From positions 576,509 through 640,508 of the forward strand of contig CAVTQK010000015.1 in the NCBI GenBank assembly GCA_963736855.1: a DNA stretch of 64,000 nucleotides, read 5' to 3'. Positions 10,540-20,178 of the stretch are shown in pieces; position 1 is the first letter of the stretch, and the number at the start of each line of letters is the position of its first letter. Source of the stretch: an uncultured delta proteobacterium. GTDB lineage: Bacteria > Desulfobacterota > Desulfobacteria > Desulfobacterales > UBA2156. A program made the translations under genes and the position numbers. The notes below the pieces were generated by a model. That model had not been told where the DNA came from and searched no databases. It was given only the letters and a program-made list of their open reading frames with translations.

Positions 10540-12744
10540 TCATTGAAACATTTCCTGGATCCGCTTTTTTCTTTGAGTCCGTCGGAACCAGATTCCCAGG
10601 CCGAAAAAGATTACTAAAACCGGAAGCCCGATCACCATGACACTCTTAATGGCGGTTTTGGTGAATCCGCTGGTTTCGCGTAGGGGATTAAAACGCGCCT
10701 CTTTTCCCCGCAAAACAGCGATTTCCTCACGGTTGTTGAGGTAATCCAAGAGGTTCATAATAAAAACCGCATTTTCGGTTTTACCCTCAGGATCGAGGAC
10801 ATTGTCCTTGAGCATATCCGAGGAGGCCATAACGAATATCCTGGCCGGCTTTCCCCTGGCCAGGAACGCCTTCTCCGGTTCGATACGGGTCAGGTCCGGA
10901 CCTTTTTCGGATAGGGCCTTCCCGGAGGTGTTGTTTTTCTCGTCTTTCTTTTTCCCTTCCCCGGCTTCCTCCGGTGCTGCGGGCTTTTCGGGGATGGGTT
11001 TTCCGGCAAAAAAGCTGGGGAATTCGCCTTCCAAAAGATAAGCCAGGGCCTTTTTCTCCTTTTCTTCCGCGGACGCAGGAGGACGGAGGAGCATGGGGTT
11101 AAGGACGATCCGCTCCTTCATTTCCCATGATTGGTCCGAGGAAGACAGAAGTCGAAGTGCTCGGATGCCGTTTTCCTGAAGTCGCTTTTCATCCAGCACA
11201 AGCGGTGAGACTTTGACGGTCACCAGGCCCTTGATGGATTTCATGAATTTTCGGCTTTTGTCGATATTCTCATCTTTGATGATGGGCGCAAAGTACAAGG
11301 GTTGCTGACCCCCGCCGAATTCCCGGGATACGGTTTGCTTGTAACAGTTTTCATCCAGAACCAGGGATTTCTTCAGGGTAACTCCCCAGTGGGAGAGGAG
11401 CTTTTCGAGGCCCGAATCGAAGGGCACAAAACCCTGCCCGCCGCCGAGCATCATGGATTGTTGATCTCTTGATTCTTTCAGCGCGTCCGGAAAAAGCATG
11501 AGGCTGGTTCCCCGCATCAGAGCCTGATCGATCTGGAATAAAGCGTAGTCGGAAAGAGGCTCTGTGGGGGCTGCGATCACCAGGCAACCCAAGTTTGCAG
11601 GGATCGGTTCGTCCTTGACCCGGATTGACTTTACGGCGTAGTTCTGGGAAGCCAGGTTCGAGAAGCTCGACAGGTCATCAGTGCTCCTTTGCCCGCCAAA
11701 GCCGCTTCCGAACGGGGAGGGAGTGCCATGATCGGCCATATATCCGAGATCTGCGTTGATGTTGATCAGCCGCTCGATTCCGGCATTGAGCATCTCTTCC
11801 ACCCGGCGGAGGTCGGCCAATTCATAGCGAGTCCCGATGATGGGAATACGCATCACGTTCAAGAGCGGCAGATCCGCGGTCTTATCGCCATGGGTCATCA
11901 CCAGCCCGATGGCACCACTTCCGGCCTCGATTTTTCCGTTAAGAAGGGTGGGCCACTTCAGTTGCATGACGTTAGCGGTCTTCAGAATCGTTTCGGCATC
12001 CGGATCCCGCGTGGGATCCACATGGATGTACTCGAGCTTCTGATAAAGCTTGGCATTGAGCCTCTCCACCATATCCCCAATCGCCTTGGGATAGTCTGCA
12101 AGGTTCTTGATTCCCATGTGAGGAGCCACCGGTTCCAGTGAAGAAGAGAGGATCAAACTGACGCGCACCTTTTCCTTAAGGTTTAAAAGGGCACTGACTT
12201 TGTTGTTAAGCTTTTGAATGGCGGTTGTCAGGCGATATTCCAGATCATCGGTGGCGGTGATGGCGGGGATACGCTCCACGATATCGCCGTGGATCATGGC
12301 CAACCCCATGAAGGCTTTCTTGAACTTGATCTCATCCTGTTCCACCATTTGAATCTGGAGAGGATGAATTCCATAGGCATCCGCCATTTTCCGATTTTCG
12401 CTGCTCCGGGTGTCAGTCCCTTCTCCTTCGGGGTTCACATCGAAAAACCGATAGTTGAAATAGCGGTTGGCCGAGGCGGCATAGGCTTCCAGCAGGTCCC
12501 TGAGATATCGCTCGGTTTGGTTGTGGGGAGCCGGAAGATTTTTGGTGAAAAAAACGTGTATGGTAAGCGGTTCCGACAGGGTGGAGACCACCTTTCGGCT
12601 GACTTGAGAAAGTGAAAAAACGCGGTTTTGGGTAAGGTCCGCCCTGAAAAACAGGGTAATCCCCGCAACGTTGATCAGCACCACGGCAATTCCGTAAAGC
12701 AAAAATTTAGCGTATTTCCCGGCTGTTTTCATTTCGATCATCAT
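10540..12744 (-). CDS. GldG-like ABC transporter auxiliary component
   Basis: 734 aa with an N-terminal TM helix, a C-terminal TM helix (VMVIGLPVLVIFFGLGIWF) and a large extracytoplasmic domain. Immediately downstream of the ABC-2 permease. Confidence 0.8.
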   Translation of the reverse strand: MMIEMKTAGKYAKFLLYGIAVVLINVAGITLFFRADLTQNRVFSLSQVSRKVVSTLSEPLTIHVFFTKNLPAPHNQTERYLRDLLEAYAASANRYFNYRFFDVNPEGEGTDTRSSENRKMADAYGIHPLQIQMVEQDEIKFKKAFMGLAMIHGDIVERIPAITATDDLEYRLTTAIQKLNNKVSALLNLKEKVRVSLILSSSLEPVAPHMGIKNLADYPKAIGDMVERLNAKLYQKLEYIHVDPTRDPDAETILKTANVMQLKWPTLLNGKIEAGSGAIGLVMTHGDKTADLPLLNVMRIPIIGTRYELADLRRVEEMLNAGIERLININADLGYMADHGTPSPFGSGFGGQRSTDDLSSFSNLASQNYAVKSIRVKDEPIPANLGCLVIAAPTEPLSDYALFQIDQALMRGTSLMLFPDALKESRDQQSMMLGGGQGFVPFDSGLEKLLSHWGVTLKKSLVLDENCYKQTVSREFGGGQQPLYFAPIIKDENIDKSRKFMKSIKGLVTVKVSPLVLDEKRLQENGIRALRLLSSSDQSWEMKERIVLNPMLLRPPASAEEKEKKALAYLLEGEFPSFFAGKPIPEKPAAPEEAGEGKKKDEKNNTSGKALSEKGPDLTRIEPEKAFLARGKPARIFVMASSDMLKDNVLDPEGKTENAVFIMNLLDYLNNREEIAVLRGKEARFNPLRETSGFTKTAIKSVMVIGLPVLVIFFGLGIWFRRTQRKKRIQEMFQ

Positions 12745-12751
12745 GGATCCT

Positions 12752-13456
12752 TTATTGTCGGTTCTGCAAGGTCAGGGTTGCGGCATAAAGGCCGATAAAA
12801 ACGACACTCGCGAAATAGAGGATGTCCCTGGAATCGATCACTCCTTTGGCAATGGAATCAAAGTGAGTGCCGGCTCCAAGATAGGCGATGACGCCCAACA
12901 GGGAATCCGGAAAGAAAAAAAGCATCTTATCGATGACGGTCATGGAAAAGCAAATCAGGGCTCCCACGATGAAGGCGATAATCTGGTTTCGGGTCAGCGC
13001 CGAGGCAAAAAGCCCGATTGCGGAAAATGCTGCCCCCAAAAGGAGGGCTCCGGCGTACCCGCCAACCACCGGACCCCAGTCGAGGCCTCCAAGAAAGGAG
13101 ATGACCAGAGGATATGCCAAAGTGGGGGCGAGGGTCGCTGCCACAAACAGCACGGCAGCTAAAAACTTGCCCACGACGATGTCCGAAAAGCTCACGGGGA
13201 GGGTGAGCAGGACTTCAAAAGACCCCACGCTGAGCTCTTCGGAAAACAACCGCATGGTCACCGCCGGAATGACAAAGGAAAAGGCCATGGGGAGCAGGCT
13301 GAAGAAGCTGCGCATGTCCGCATGGTTGAACAGGAAAAAAGTGGTAAAAAAAATCCAGCCCGTCACCAGAAGAAAAACCGAAATAACAATATAGGCTATG
13401 GGGGAGACAAAGTAGTCCTTGACTTCTTTTGCCACGATGCTGGCAAGGGGTCTCAT
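12752..13456 (-). CDS. ABC-2 type transporter permease
   Basis: 234 aa with six hydrophobic segments. Abuts the ATPase gene. Confidence 0.85.
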   Translation of the reverse strand: MRPLASIVAKEVKDYFVSPIAYIVISVFLLVTGWIFFTTFFLFNHADMRSFFSLLPMAFSFVIPAVTMRLFSEELSVGSFEVLLTLPVSFSDIVVGKFLAAVLFVAATLAPTLAYPLVISFLGGLDWGPVVGGYAGALLLGAAFSAIGLFASALTRNQIIAFIVGALICFSMTVIDKMLFFFPDSLLGVIAYLGAGTHFDSIAKGVIDSRDILYFASVVFIGLYAATLTLQNRQ

Positions 13457-13457
13457 A

Positions 13458-14396
13458 TTAATCCTCTCGAGTGAGTTCTCGGAATATGGTTTCCAGGTTT
13501 TGAGTTTTAAGATGCAGATCGATCAAGATCCAGTCGGTCTGTTTGACGGCCTGATAAATGGCTTCCCTCGGGTCGGATCCCTCGCGGCACGTAACCGCAA
13601 GATAGAGGGCTCCATCCCCCGATTGACTGCTCTCCTGCACGTCCAGGACTCCGTCGATAGCCTTGAGCCTTTCTATGGCCGCTTCGGCGGATGCCTGGCG
13701 TAAGGAGAGGGTGACGACCTGCTTGAGGCCTGAGATTTCCTGTAGGCTCTTGGTGTCGTCGTCGGCCACGATTTTTCCCCGGTGGATGATGATCACACGA
13801 TCGCATGTGGCCTCCGCTTCACTCAAAATATGGGTGGACAGGACGATGGTCTTTTCTTTGGCCGCTCGCCGGATGATATCCCGGATTTCCACGATCTGGT
13901 TCGGATCGAGCCCGGAGGTGGGTTCGTCGAGGACTAATATTTCCGGGTCACTCATCATGGCGTGGGCCAGGCCCACTCGCTGTTTCAAACCCCGTGAAAG
14001 CTCTCCGATGGAAAAATGCATGATTTCTCTGAGGCCGCAAAGCTCGGACAATTCCCGGATTCTGTCGTGCCGCCGCTTGTCTTCCAACCCACGAACGCGG
14101 GCCACATACTCGAGATAGTCGTAGACCAACATGTTCCGGTACAATGGTGCCGACTCGGGCAAATATCCCATCAGGTGCTTGATGGCGATGAGATCGCTGC
14201 GGATGGAAAAATCCTTGATCTTGATGTTTCCGGAAGTGGGGGGAAGGTATCCGGTAAGCATCCGCAATGTGGTTGTTTTCCCGGCGCCGTTGGGGCCCAG
14301 GAGCCCTACGATCTCCCCTTTTTGAATCGAGAAATCAATTCGGTTTACCGCGCAAAATCCGTCATAATATTTGGATAAATTTTCAACCTCGATCAC
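13458..14396 (-). CDS. ABC transporter ATP-binding protein
   Basis: Walker A GPNGAGKTT, signature LSRGLKQRV, Walker B LVLDEPTSGLD. Confidence 0.92.
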   Translation of the reverse strand: MIEVENLSKYYDGFCAVNRIDFSIQKGEIVGLLGPNGAGKTTTLRMLTGYLPPTSGNIKIKDFSIRSDLIAIKHLMGYLPESAPLYRNMLVYDYLEYVARVRGLEDKRRHDRIRELSELCGLREIMHFSIGELSRGLKQRVGLAHAMMSDPEILVLDEPTSGLDPNQIVEIRDIIRRAAKEKTIVLSTHILSEAEATCDRVIIIHRGKIVADDDTKSLQEISGLKQVVTLSLRQASAEAAIERLKAIDGVLDVQESSQSGDGALYLAVTCREGSDPREAIYQAVKQTDWILIDLHLKTQNLETIFRELTRED

Positions 14397-14599
14397 GAGG
14401 CACCCTCCTTTTTTAAACGAATGTGAAAAATCGGAAGCTTTCTTTATCAGCCCGTGCGTTTCGGGTCAAGTCCGATACGGTTTTTTTATCCTAACCTCTT
14501 TTGTCCGGTCAAAACCGATGGGCAAAGAATCCTCTGGTCCCCTGTCGCCTTCGGGCCAGGGAAGACCGGAAACCGTATGATTGTTCTTTCATTTCTTAT

Positions 14600-15247
14600 T
14601 CAGGATGCCAGCGGCTGGGAGATTCCGAATCGGATCCATTTGAAGCGGTGCTGATCTTGAGAAGTGACCTTTTTGCCGATGCGAGCCATGAAGAGATTTT
14701 CAGATCGGATACAGATGTTGGGTTCATTGGTTTCAAAGACGTCAAAACCGAAAGGATTGAACAACCGAATCAGCATCATCCGATACTGCTGGGCATTCAT
14801 TCCGGAGCTATCCAAATCCCACGTCCAGGAGTAGCCCACCATATAGGCCACCATCTCTTCGATGCGAGGGTGATCCAGGGCAAGCTTGAGGATTTTCCCG
14901 GCCACCCGGTAGGAACGCCAGCTTCGGCATACTTCGACAACATTGATTTCCATCATCTTTCCCGGTCCCAGGGCGGCCCACCGCTCATCGGGTTCCGGAT
15001 GATCCAGGACTCCGAACCCGATGATGTGTTTTTGGATCGATAGAGCCAACGTTACGTTGGTGTCCGGAGTTTCGGCTTTTTTTTCGAGAGTCTCCCGCTT
15101 GGTGTAAAGAGACTTGTATTGCGCATATGTTCTGAATTCATCGTCGAAGATATGTTCACGGATCTGTTCAGGTGTGCAAAAGGAACGCACCCGGATGTTT
15201 CCTTTGGGCGTGGGCCATAGAATTTCTTTTTGAAAGGGAGTAGACAT
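14600..15247 (-). CDS. GNAT-like acetyltransferase-fold protein
   Basis: Acyl-CoA N-acyltransferase-like core (EINVVEVCRSWRSYRVAGKILKLAL). The ORF maximum starts at 15328 and overlaps the upstream gene by 61 nt, so the start is placed at Met 15247. Confidence 0.5.
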   Translation of the reverse strand: MSTPFQKEILWPTPKGNIRVRSFCTPEQIREHIFDDEFRTYAQYKSLYTKRETLEKKAETPDTNVTLALSIQKHIIGFGVLDHPEPDERWAALGPGKMMEINVVEVCRSWRSYRVAGKILKLALDHPRIEEMVAYMVGYSWTWDLDSSGMNAQQYRMMLIRLFNPFGFDVFETNEPNICIRSENLFMARIGKKVTSQDQHRFKWIRFGISQPLAS

Positions 15248-15267
15248 CAAAGAATCGATCAATCTAA

Positions 15268-15822
15268 CTAGAAGTCTCCCCAGTTCTTGTGAAGCCGTTT
15301 GATCATAATGATCAAATGGTGACGGCATCCTTGCGGGTCTTTCACGTAGTCCTCCAGGACGGCACGTTTGAAAAAGTCCAGCTTTACGGCGGAGTCAATC
15401 GCTGCATCTTCGATGCCGGAAATGAAATCGGCCCTGAGCTCGGAGAGGCCTTTATCCATGGCCAGCTGAATGAGGTCGAGGAGCATCCATGTGCCGAGGC
15501 GCTTGTGCCGATACTCGGGCAGTACCATGATGCGCAGCCGACCCATATGGGCGGTACACCCGAATCCTCTCATGTGAAAAGAGGCATGCGCGATAATCTC
15601 TTCATCGGAAAGCGCCACCATCGAATAGACGGTTCCGGTTCCGATACCGTCGATCCATTTTCGAATGACCGAAGGATCCATTACATCGTAAAGCATGAAC
15701 CACCGGTCGGATTCGGGAATGCGGGCGTAAAATTCCCGCAGGGCCGCTTCGTCGCTTTTTTCCAGGTGTCGGATGACGGCTTCATGGCCGTCTTTCAGGA
15801 TAATTTCCTTTGGATATCGCAT
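15268..15822 (-). CDS. GNAT family N-acetyltransferase
   Basis: 184 aa with motif A LRIMVLPEYRHKRLGTWML. Confidence 0.8.
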   Translation of the reverse strand: MRYPKEIILKDGHEAVIRHLEKSDEAALREFYARIPESDRWFMLYDVMDPSVIRKWIDGIGTGTVYSMVALSDEEIIAHASFHMRGFGCTAHMGRLRIMVLPEYRHKRLGTWMLLDLIQLAMDKGLSELRADFISGIEDAAIDSAVKLDFFKRAVLEDYVKDPQGCRHHLIIMIKRLHKNWGDF

Positions 15823-15995
15823 CCGTCCTCCATGACATCAATGGCGATCAAGCGATAAATCAATAGCGCTTGATGGATTGAAAAAGGGAAAATTTAAAAG
15901 AACAGTAAACGGGAAAGCTTGTCGCGTTTCAATTCTAAAAAACAAAGTCAAGTCTTTTGTAAGTGCTATCATTGAGGATCCTATCAGGATCGGGT

Positions 15996-17537
15996 TTACA
16001 ATTCAATTTTTGGACCCCATGCGGCAAGATAGTCCTGGATGCGAAGTTTGCGGGCGGTATTTTTCGAACTCATATAGCGGACTTTGCCGAAAATGGGACG
16101 CTCCGGACCCCATGGCCGGTCGTACCGACCCAGGCACCAAAAGATGCCGCTGTAGGAATTGGGATCGCGGCCGTCCAGGGCGTATTTGTTGTTGAGCTCA
16201 ATCATTACCTCAACAGCCTCCCGAGGGGACAAAGACCACTCCAGGATCTTTTTTCCCCAAAGCATCCGAAGGTAGTTATGAATGCGACCCTCCCTTAAAA
16301 GCTGCCTCTGGGCGGCGTTCCAGAGGGGATCATGGGTTAGGGCATCCTCCAGTGCATCCTTATTGTAGAGATACGGACGCCGGTCCGTTTCGTGGGTCAA
16401 AAGCGTTGCTTTTGCCCAATCCGGAAGCGACTCGTATTGCGCATAATCTTTCCGGAAAACGCACATGTTGTATCCCAGCTCCCGCCAGGTGACCAGTTCA
16501 TCCAGGAAGGCCTCTGCAGAGGCGCGCATTCCCCACCAGCCGGATTTACTCCCTGTAGCCTTCTCGGAGAGCTTATGAAAAAACCACTCCTCTGAATCGG
16601 CTATTTCCTGAAAAACCTCGTGGGCTGAAATATGTCCGAAATGCAAATAGGGGGAGAGGCCCGAGGCGGCATCCTCGTCCGGGTGGTTGCGATCGGTTTC
16701 ATAACCTGAAAGGCTTCGATCGATGAATTCCAAAAGCCGCTTTCTTGCTTCCCGTGCCCCTCCCTTCAGATGAGACGGCGGGACGTTGTGATTGATGGGG
16801 AATCGGCCAAGATCTACCTCTCCGTTTTCTATAAGATTCAAGGTCTCCGGCCAGCGCTTCAAAATCGTTTCGGGAAGCGCGCCCGCCACCGGCAGGCGCA
16901 ACCCTTTCAAGGGGTCGATTTCCGGGCACGCCACAAGATGATCCGGAAGGACTTTTTGGAGAAGGCGCCTGAACGCAAATGCCGTGGGATAGGTTCGATC
17001 CGTACCTCTTAAAGGGAGAAGCCCGTTGGAGTCCACCGCCTCCAATTTAACGGGGATCTTTTTTGAAGCCACATCAACCATTTTGGGAAGAAAGAAGGCC
17101 GGAAAGTCGTCGGTGATCACGATGCAAGCTTCTTTGGCCAGGTTGGCCAGTAGCCCTTTTCCCGCATCTGCCTGCGGTTCCACGTAGGGGTAGTAGTGCA
17201 CAAAGCCGCGGTTTTGTAACATCCGGATGTTATCCGCCATTCCGTCTATGATGAAACGATGGAAGCGGTCGCTGGCCCAGGGGTAACCGGAACGAAGGGC
17301 TTCCAGGATGACGATAGGCTTTTTAAGCTGAACGGCCCATTCCACGGTTCGCTGGAGACTGAAGTTGCATCGGACGCGGCGGTTGGCGATCATCCAGTAC
17401 AGGATGTAACACCCTTTGTCGTTGACGGATGCTTCATTGATTTTTCGGATGCGGATGGAAGGAACAGCGTTCATGGGGATCTCGTTTTTAGAGGGACACA
17501 AATGCTTTTCCCAAGCTAAGATGTGGGCTAAAATCAT
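15996..17537 (-). CDS. phr: Deoxyribodipyrimidine photolyase, class II
   Basis: Class II signature region RIHNYLRMLWGKKILEWS and PNSYSGIFWCLGRYDRPW. The true start may be Met 17474 (MNAVPSIRIRKI). Confidence 0.9.
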   Translation of the reverse strand: MILAHILAWEKHLCPSKNEIPMNAVPSIRIRKINEASVNDKGCYILYWMIANRRVRCNFSLQRTVEWAVQLKKPIVILEALRSGYPWASDRFHRFIIDGMADNIRMLQNRGFVHYYPYVEPQADAGKGLLANLAKEACIVITDDFPAFFLPKMVDVASKKIPVKLEAVDSNGLLPLRGTDRTYPTAFAFRRLLQKVLPDHLVACPEIDPLKGLRLPVAGALPETILKRWPETLNLIENGEVDLGRFPINHNVPPSHLKGGAREARKRLLEFIDRSLSGYETDRNHPDEDAASGLSPYLHFGHISAHEVFQEIADSEEWFFHKLSEKATGSKSGWWGMRASAEAFLDELVTWRELGYNMCVFRKDYAQYESLPDWAKATLLTHETDRRPYLYNKDALEDALTHDPLWNAAQRQLLREGRIHNYLRMLWGKKILEWSLSPREAVEVMIELNNKYALDGRDPNSYSGIFWCLGRYDRPWGPERPIFGKVRYMSSKNTARKLRIQDYLAAWGPKIEL

Positions 17538-17630
17538 AAGCGTTTATCCGCTGTTCGTCAACGGCTCTTTTTCGGTTGCTCGGGGGATGTGGATGCTGAT
17601 AAATTGTTGAAAACAGAAGGCGAAAAAATA

Positions 17631-18581
17631 ATGGAAGAAACCATCAAACTCGGCGTGAGTCAGTGTCTCTTAGGAGAGAAGGTCCGCTACGACGGAGGTC
17701 ATAAGCTTGACCGGTTCATCAAAGACACCCTGGGACAATACGTGCAGTATATGACGGTCTGCCCGGAGGTAGAATGCGGTCTCGGGATTCCCCGGGAGGC
17801 GATGCGTCTTGTGGGTACGCCGGATGCGCCACGGTTGGTCACTATCCGGAGTCGCAAGGATCATACGGATCGGATGATGGAATGGGCCAAGAGCCGAGTG
17901 ATCGAATTGGAGAAAGAAAATCTTTGCGGGTATATATTTAAGAGCAATTCGCCTTCAAGCGGCATGGAACGTGTCAAGGTTTACACGGATGAGGGAATAC
18001 CGACAAAATCGGGAAGAGGGGTTTTTGCCGGCATATTCATGGACCACTTTCCTCTGATTCCGGTGGAAGACGACGGTCGCCTCCACGATCCGGTCCTGCG
18101 AGAAAACTTCATCGAACGGATTTTTGCGATGAGACGATGGCGGGGGGTACTTTCCGGCAAAAAGATGTTAGGAGATCTGGTGGCTTTTCATACCGTCCAT
18201 AAACTCCTGGTTTTGTCTCATAGCGAGAAGCACCATCGGCAAATGGGAAAGCTGGTTGCTGCAGGAAAAAAGATACCCGTTGAGGAAATGTTCAAACAGT
18301 ATGAAGTCCTTCTCATGGAAGCGCTTTCCTTAAAGGCCACATTGAGCAAAAACACCAATGCCCTGCAGCACATGATGGGTTATTTCAAGAAGCAGCTGAG
18401 CTCGGACGAAAAGAAAGAACTGCTCGATGTCATCGGCCAGCATAAGCAAGGCTACATTCCGTTGATTGTCCCCGTGACGCTCATCAAACACTACACGAGG
18501 AAATACGATCAGCCTTACCTTAAAGACCAGGTTTACCTGAATCCGCACCCCATCGAACTGAAGTTAAGAAATCATGTCTGA
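17631..18581 (+). CDS. DUF523-DUF1722 fusion protein (YbbK/YbgA-like)
   Basis: The N-terminus KLGVSQCLLGEKVRYDGGHK is DUF523-like and the C-terminal half is YbgA-like. Divergent from the photolyase gene. Start at ATG 17631 is preferred over 17589. Confidence 0.75.
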   Translation: MEETIKLGVSQCLLGEKVRYDGGHKLDRFIKDTLGQYVQYMTVCPEVECGLGIPREAMRLVGTPDAPRLVTIRSRKDHTDRMMEWAKSRVIELEKENLCGYIFKSNSPSSGMERVKVYTDEGIPTKSGRGVFAGIFMDHFPLIPVEDDGRLHDPVLRENFIERIFAMRRWRGVLSGKKMLGDLVAFHTVHKLLVLSHSEKHHRQMGKLVAAGKKIPVEEMFKQYEVLLMEALSLKATLSKNTNALQHMMGYFKKQLSSDEKKELLDVIGQHKQGYIPLIVPVTLIKHYTRKYDQPYLKDQVYLNPHPIELKLRNHV

Positions 18582-20103
18582 ACCGATAAGACTTCAGAAA
18601 CCTGCCGAAAAACAAGACGCTCCGGTCCTGGTGACCGGTGCTACCGGCTATGTGGGAGGACGTCTTGTGCCTCGGCTTCTGGACTCCGGGTACCGGGTCC
18701 GGGTTGTCGGGCGATCCCCGGCCAAGTTGCGTTCCCGGTCATGGGGGAACCACTCGAATTTGGAGGTTTTCGAAGCCGATGCCTTGGATCGGGCTGCGAT
18801 GGAGAAAGCCGCAAAGGGTTGCCGGACCGTTTTTTACCTTATCCATTCGATGAATCCCAGGGAAAAAGATTTTGCCGGAGCTGACCGGAAAGCGGCCCGA
18901 AACATGGTCGAAGCGGCTATCAAGGGAGGGCTTGAGCGGATCATTTATCTGGGTGGATTGGGTGAAGAAGGCAAAAACTTAAGCAAACACCTCAGCTCCC
19001 GAAGCGAGGTAGCGCGAATTTTTACGGAAGGCCCTATCCCCACGACGGTATTGAGGGCTGCGATGATCCTGGGTTCGGGAAGCGCTTCCTTCGAGATCCT
19101 GCGATATCTGGTAGAACACCTTCCGGTGATGACTACGCCCAAATGGGTTCAGAATCCGGTCCAACCAATCGCCATCCGTAATGTCCTTGGCTACCTTCAG
19201 GGTTGTCTGGAACACGACGAGACTATTGGACAGACTTTCGACATCGGCGGACCGGACATTCTTTCCTACCACGGGCTCATGGATGTCTATGCCGAGGAGG
19301 CGGGTTTGCCCAAGCGGCTCATTATTCCGATTCCCATCTTGACGCCCCGCTTGAGCGCCTATTGGATCCATTTGGTTACCCCGGTGCCGGCCTATATTGC
19401 CCAACCTCTGGCCGAAGGATTGAGAAATCCGGTGGTATGCCGCGAAGACCGGATTCGGTCCATCATCCCGCAGGAACTTTTAAGCTGCCGGGAGGCTATC
19501 CGGCTGGCCCTGGGTCGCACTCAGAATGCTTGTGTGGACACCTGCTGGACCGATGCCGGGGCGATTCCAGTTTCTGAATGGCTCCAGGAAGGGGACGCTT
19601 CCTATGCCGGCGGGACCCTTCTGACGTCTGCACATCGGATCGTCATTAAGGCGTCACCGAAGGAGGTCTGGAAGGCCATTGTAGTCATTGGAGGAAAACA
19701 GGGCTGGTATAGCGCCGATTTTCTGTGGCGCATCCGAGGGGTTATGGACCGGATGGTCGGCGGGATCGGATTGAGGCGGGGGCGTCGGGACCCGGAGAAC
19801 CTTCAAGTGGGGGATGCGCTGGACTTCTTCCGGGTACTTGATGTACAGGAAAACCGATTGCTCCGGTTATTGGCACAGATGCGTTTTCCCGGTGAGGCTA
19901 CTTTGGAATTCAGATTGAAAGAACTTCCTGAAGGTCGGACGGTCCTCGATCAATACTCACGATACCTGCCCCGGGGAATTTCCGGACTGCTCTACTGGTA
20001 TGCACTGCTTCCCTTTCATGTCATTCTTTTCAAAGGAATGCTCAAAGGGATCGCCAAGGCAGTGGGAAGACCCTTAATTGAAGGCCCCCGGCGTCTGGCC
20101 TAA
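18574..20103 (+). CDS. NAD(P)-binding SDR/NmrA-like protein with DUF2867-like C-terminal domain
   Basis: Rossmann motif VLVTGATGYVGGRL. 509 aa. Overlaps the previous gene by 8 nt, consistent with an operon. Confidence 0.75.
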   Translation: MSEPIRLQKPAEKQDAPVLVTGATGYVGGRLVPRLLDSGYRVRVVGRSPAKLRSRSWGNHSNLEVFEADALDRAAMEKAAKGCRTVFYLIHSMNPREKDFAGADRKAARNMVEAAIKGGLERIIYLGGLGEEGKNLSKHLSSRSEVARIFTEGPIPTTVLRAAMILGSGSASFEILRYLVEHLPVMTTPKWVQNPVQPIAIRNVLGYLQGCLEHDETIGQTFDIGGPDILSYHGLMDVYAEEAGLPKRLIIPIPILTPRLSAYWIHLVTPVPAYIAQPLAEGLRNPVVCREDRIRSIIPQELLSCREAIRLALGRTQNACVDTCWTDAGAIPVSEWLQEGDASYAGGTLLTSAHRIVIKASPKEVWKAIVVIGGKQGWYSADFLWRIRGVMDRMVGGIGLRRGRRDPENLQVGDALDFFRVLDVQENRLLRLLAQMRFPGEATLEFRLKELPEGRTVLDQYSRYLPRGISGLLYWYALLPFHVILFKGMLKGIAKAVGRPLIEGPRRLA

Positions 20104-20178
20104 TGCGGACGAAGAAGGGGACTTCCTAAACGAGATCTCCTTTTGGTGTCGGTTACATCGGTGGGAGGGTCTGAAAGA

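Noticed and set aside
14397-14599. Riboswitch or leader upstream of the ABC-2 operon
   Set aside because: There are only weak hairpins (CCCTG...CAGGG) and an approximate TTGACC promoter box. Nothing matches a known motif.
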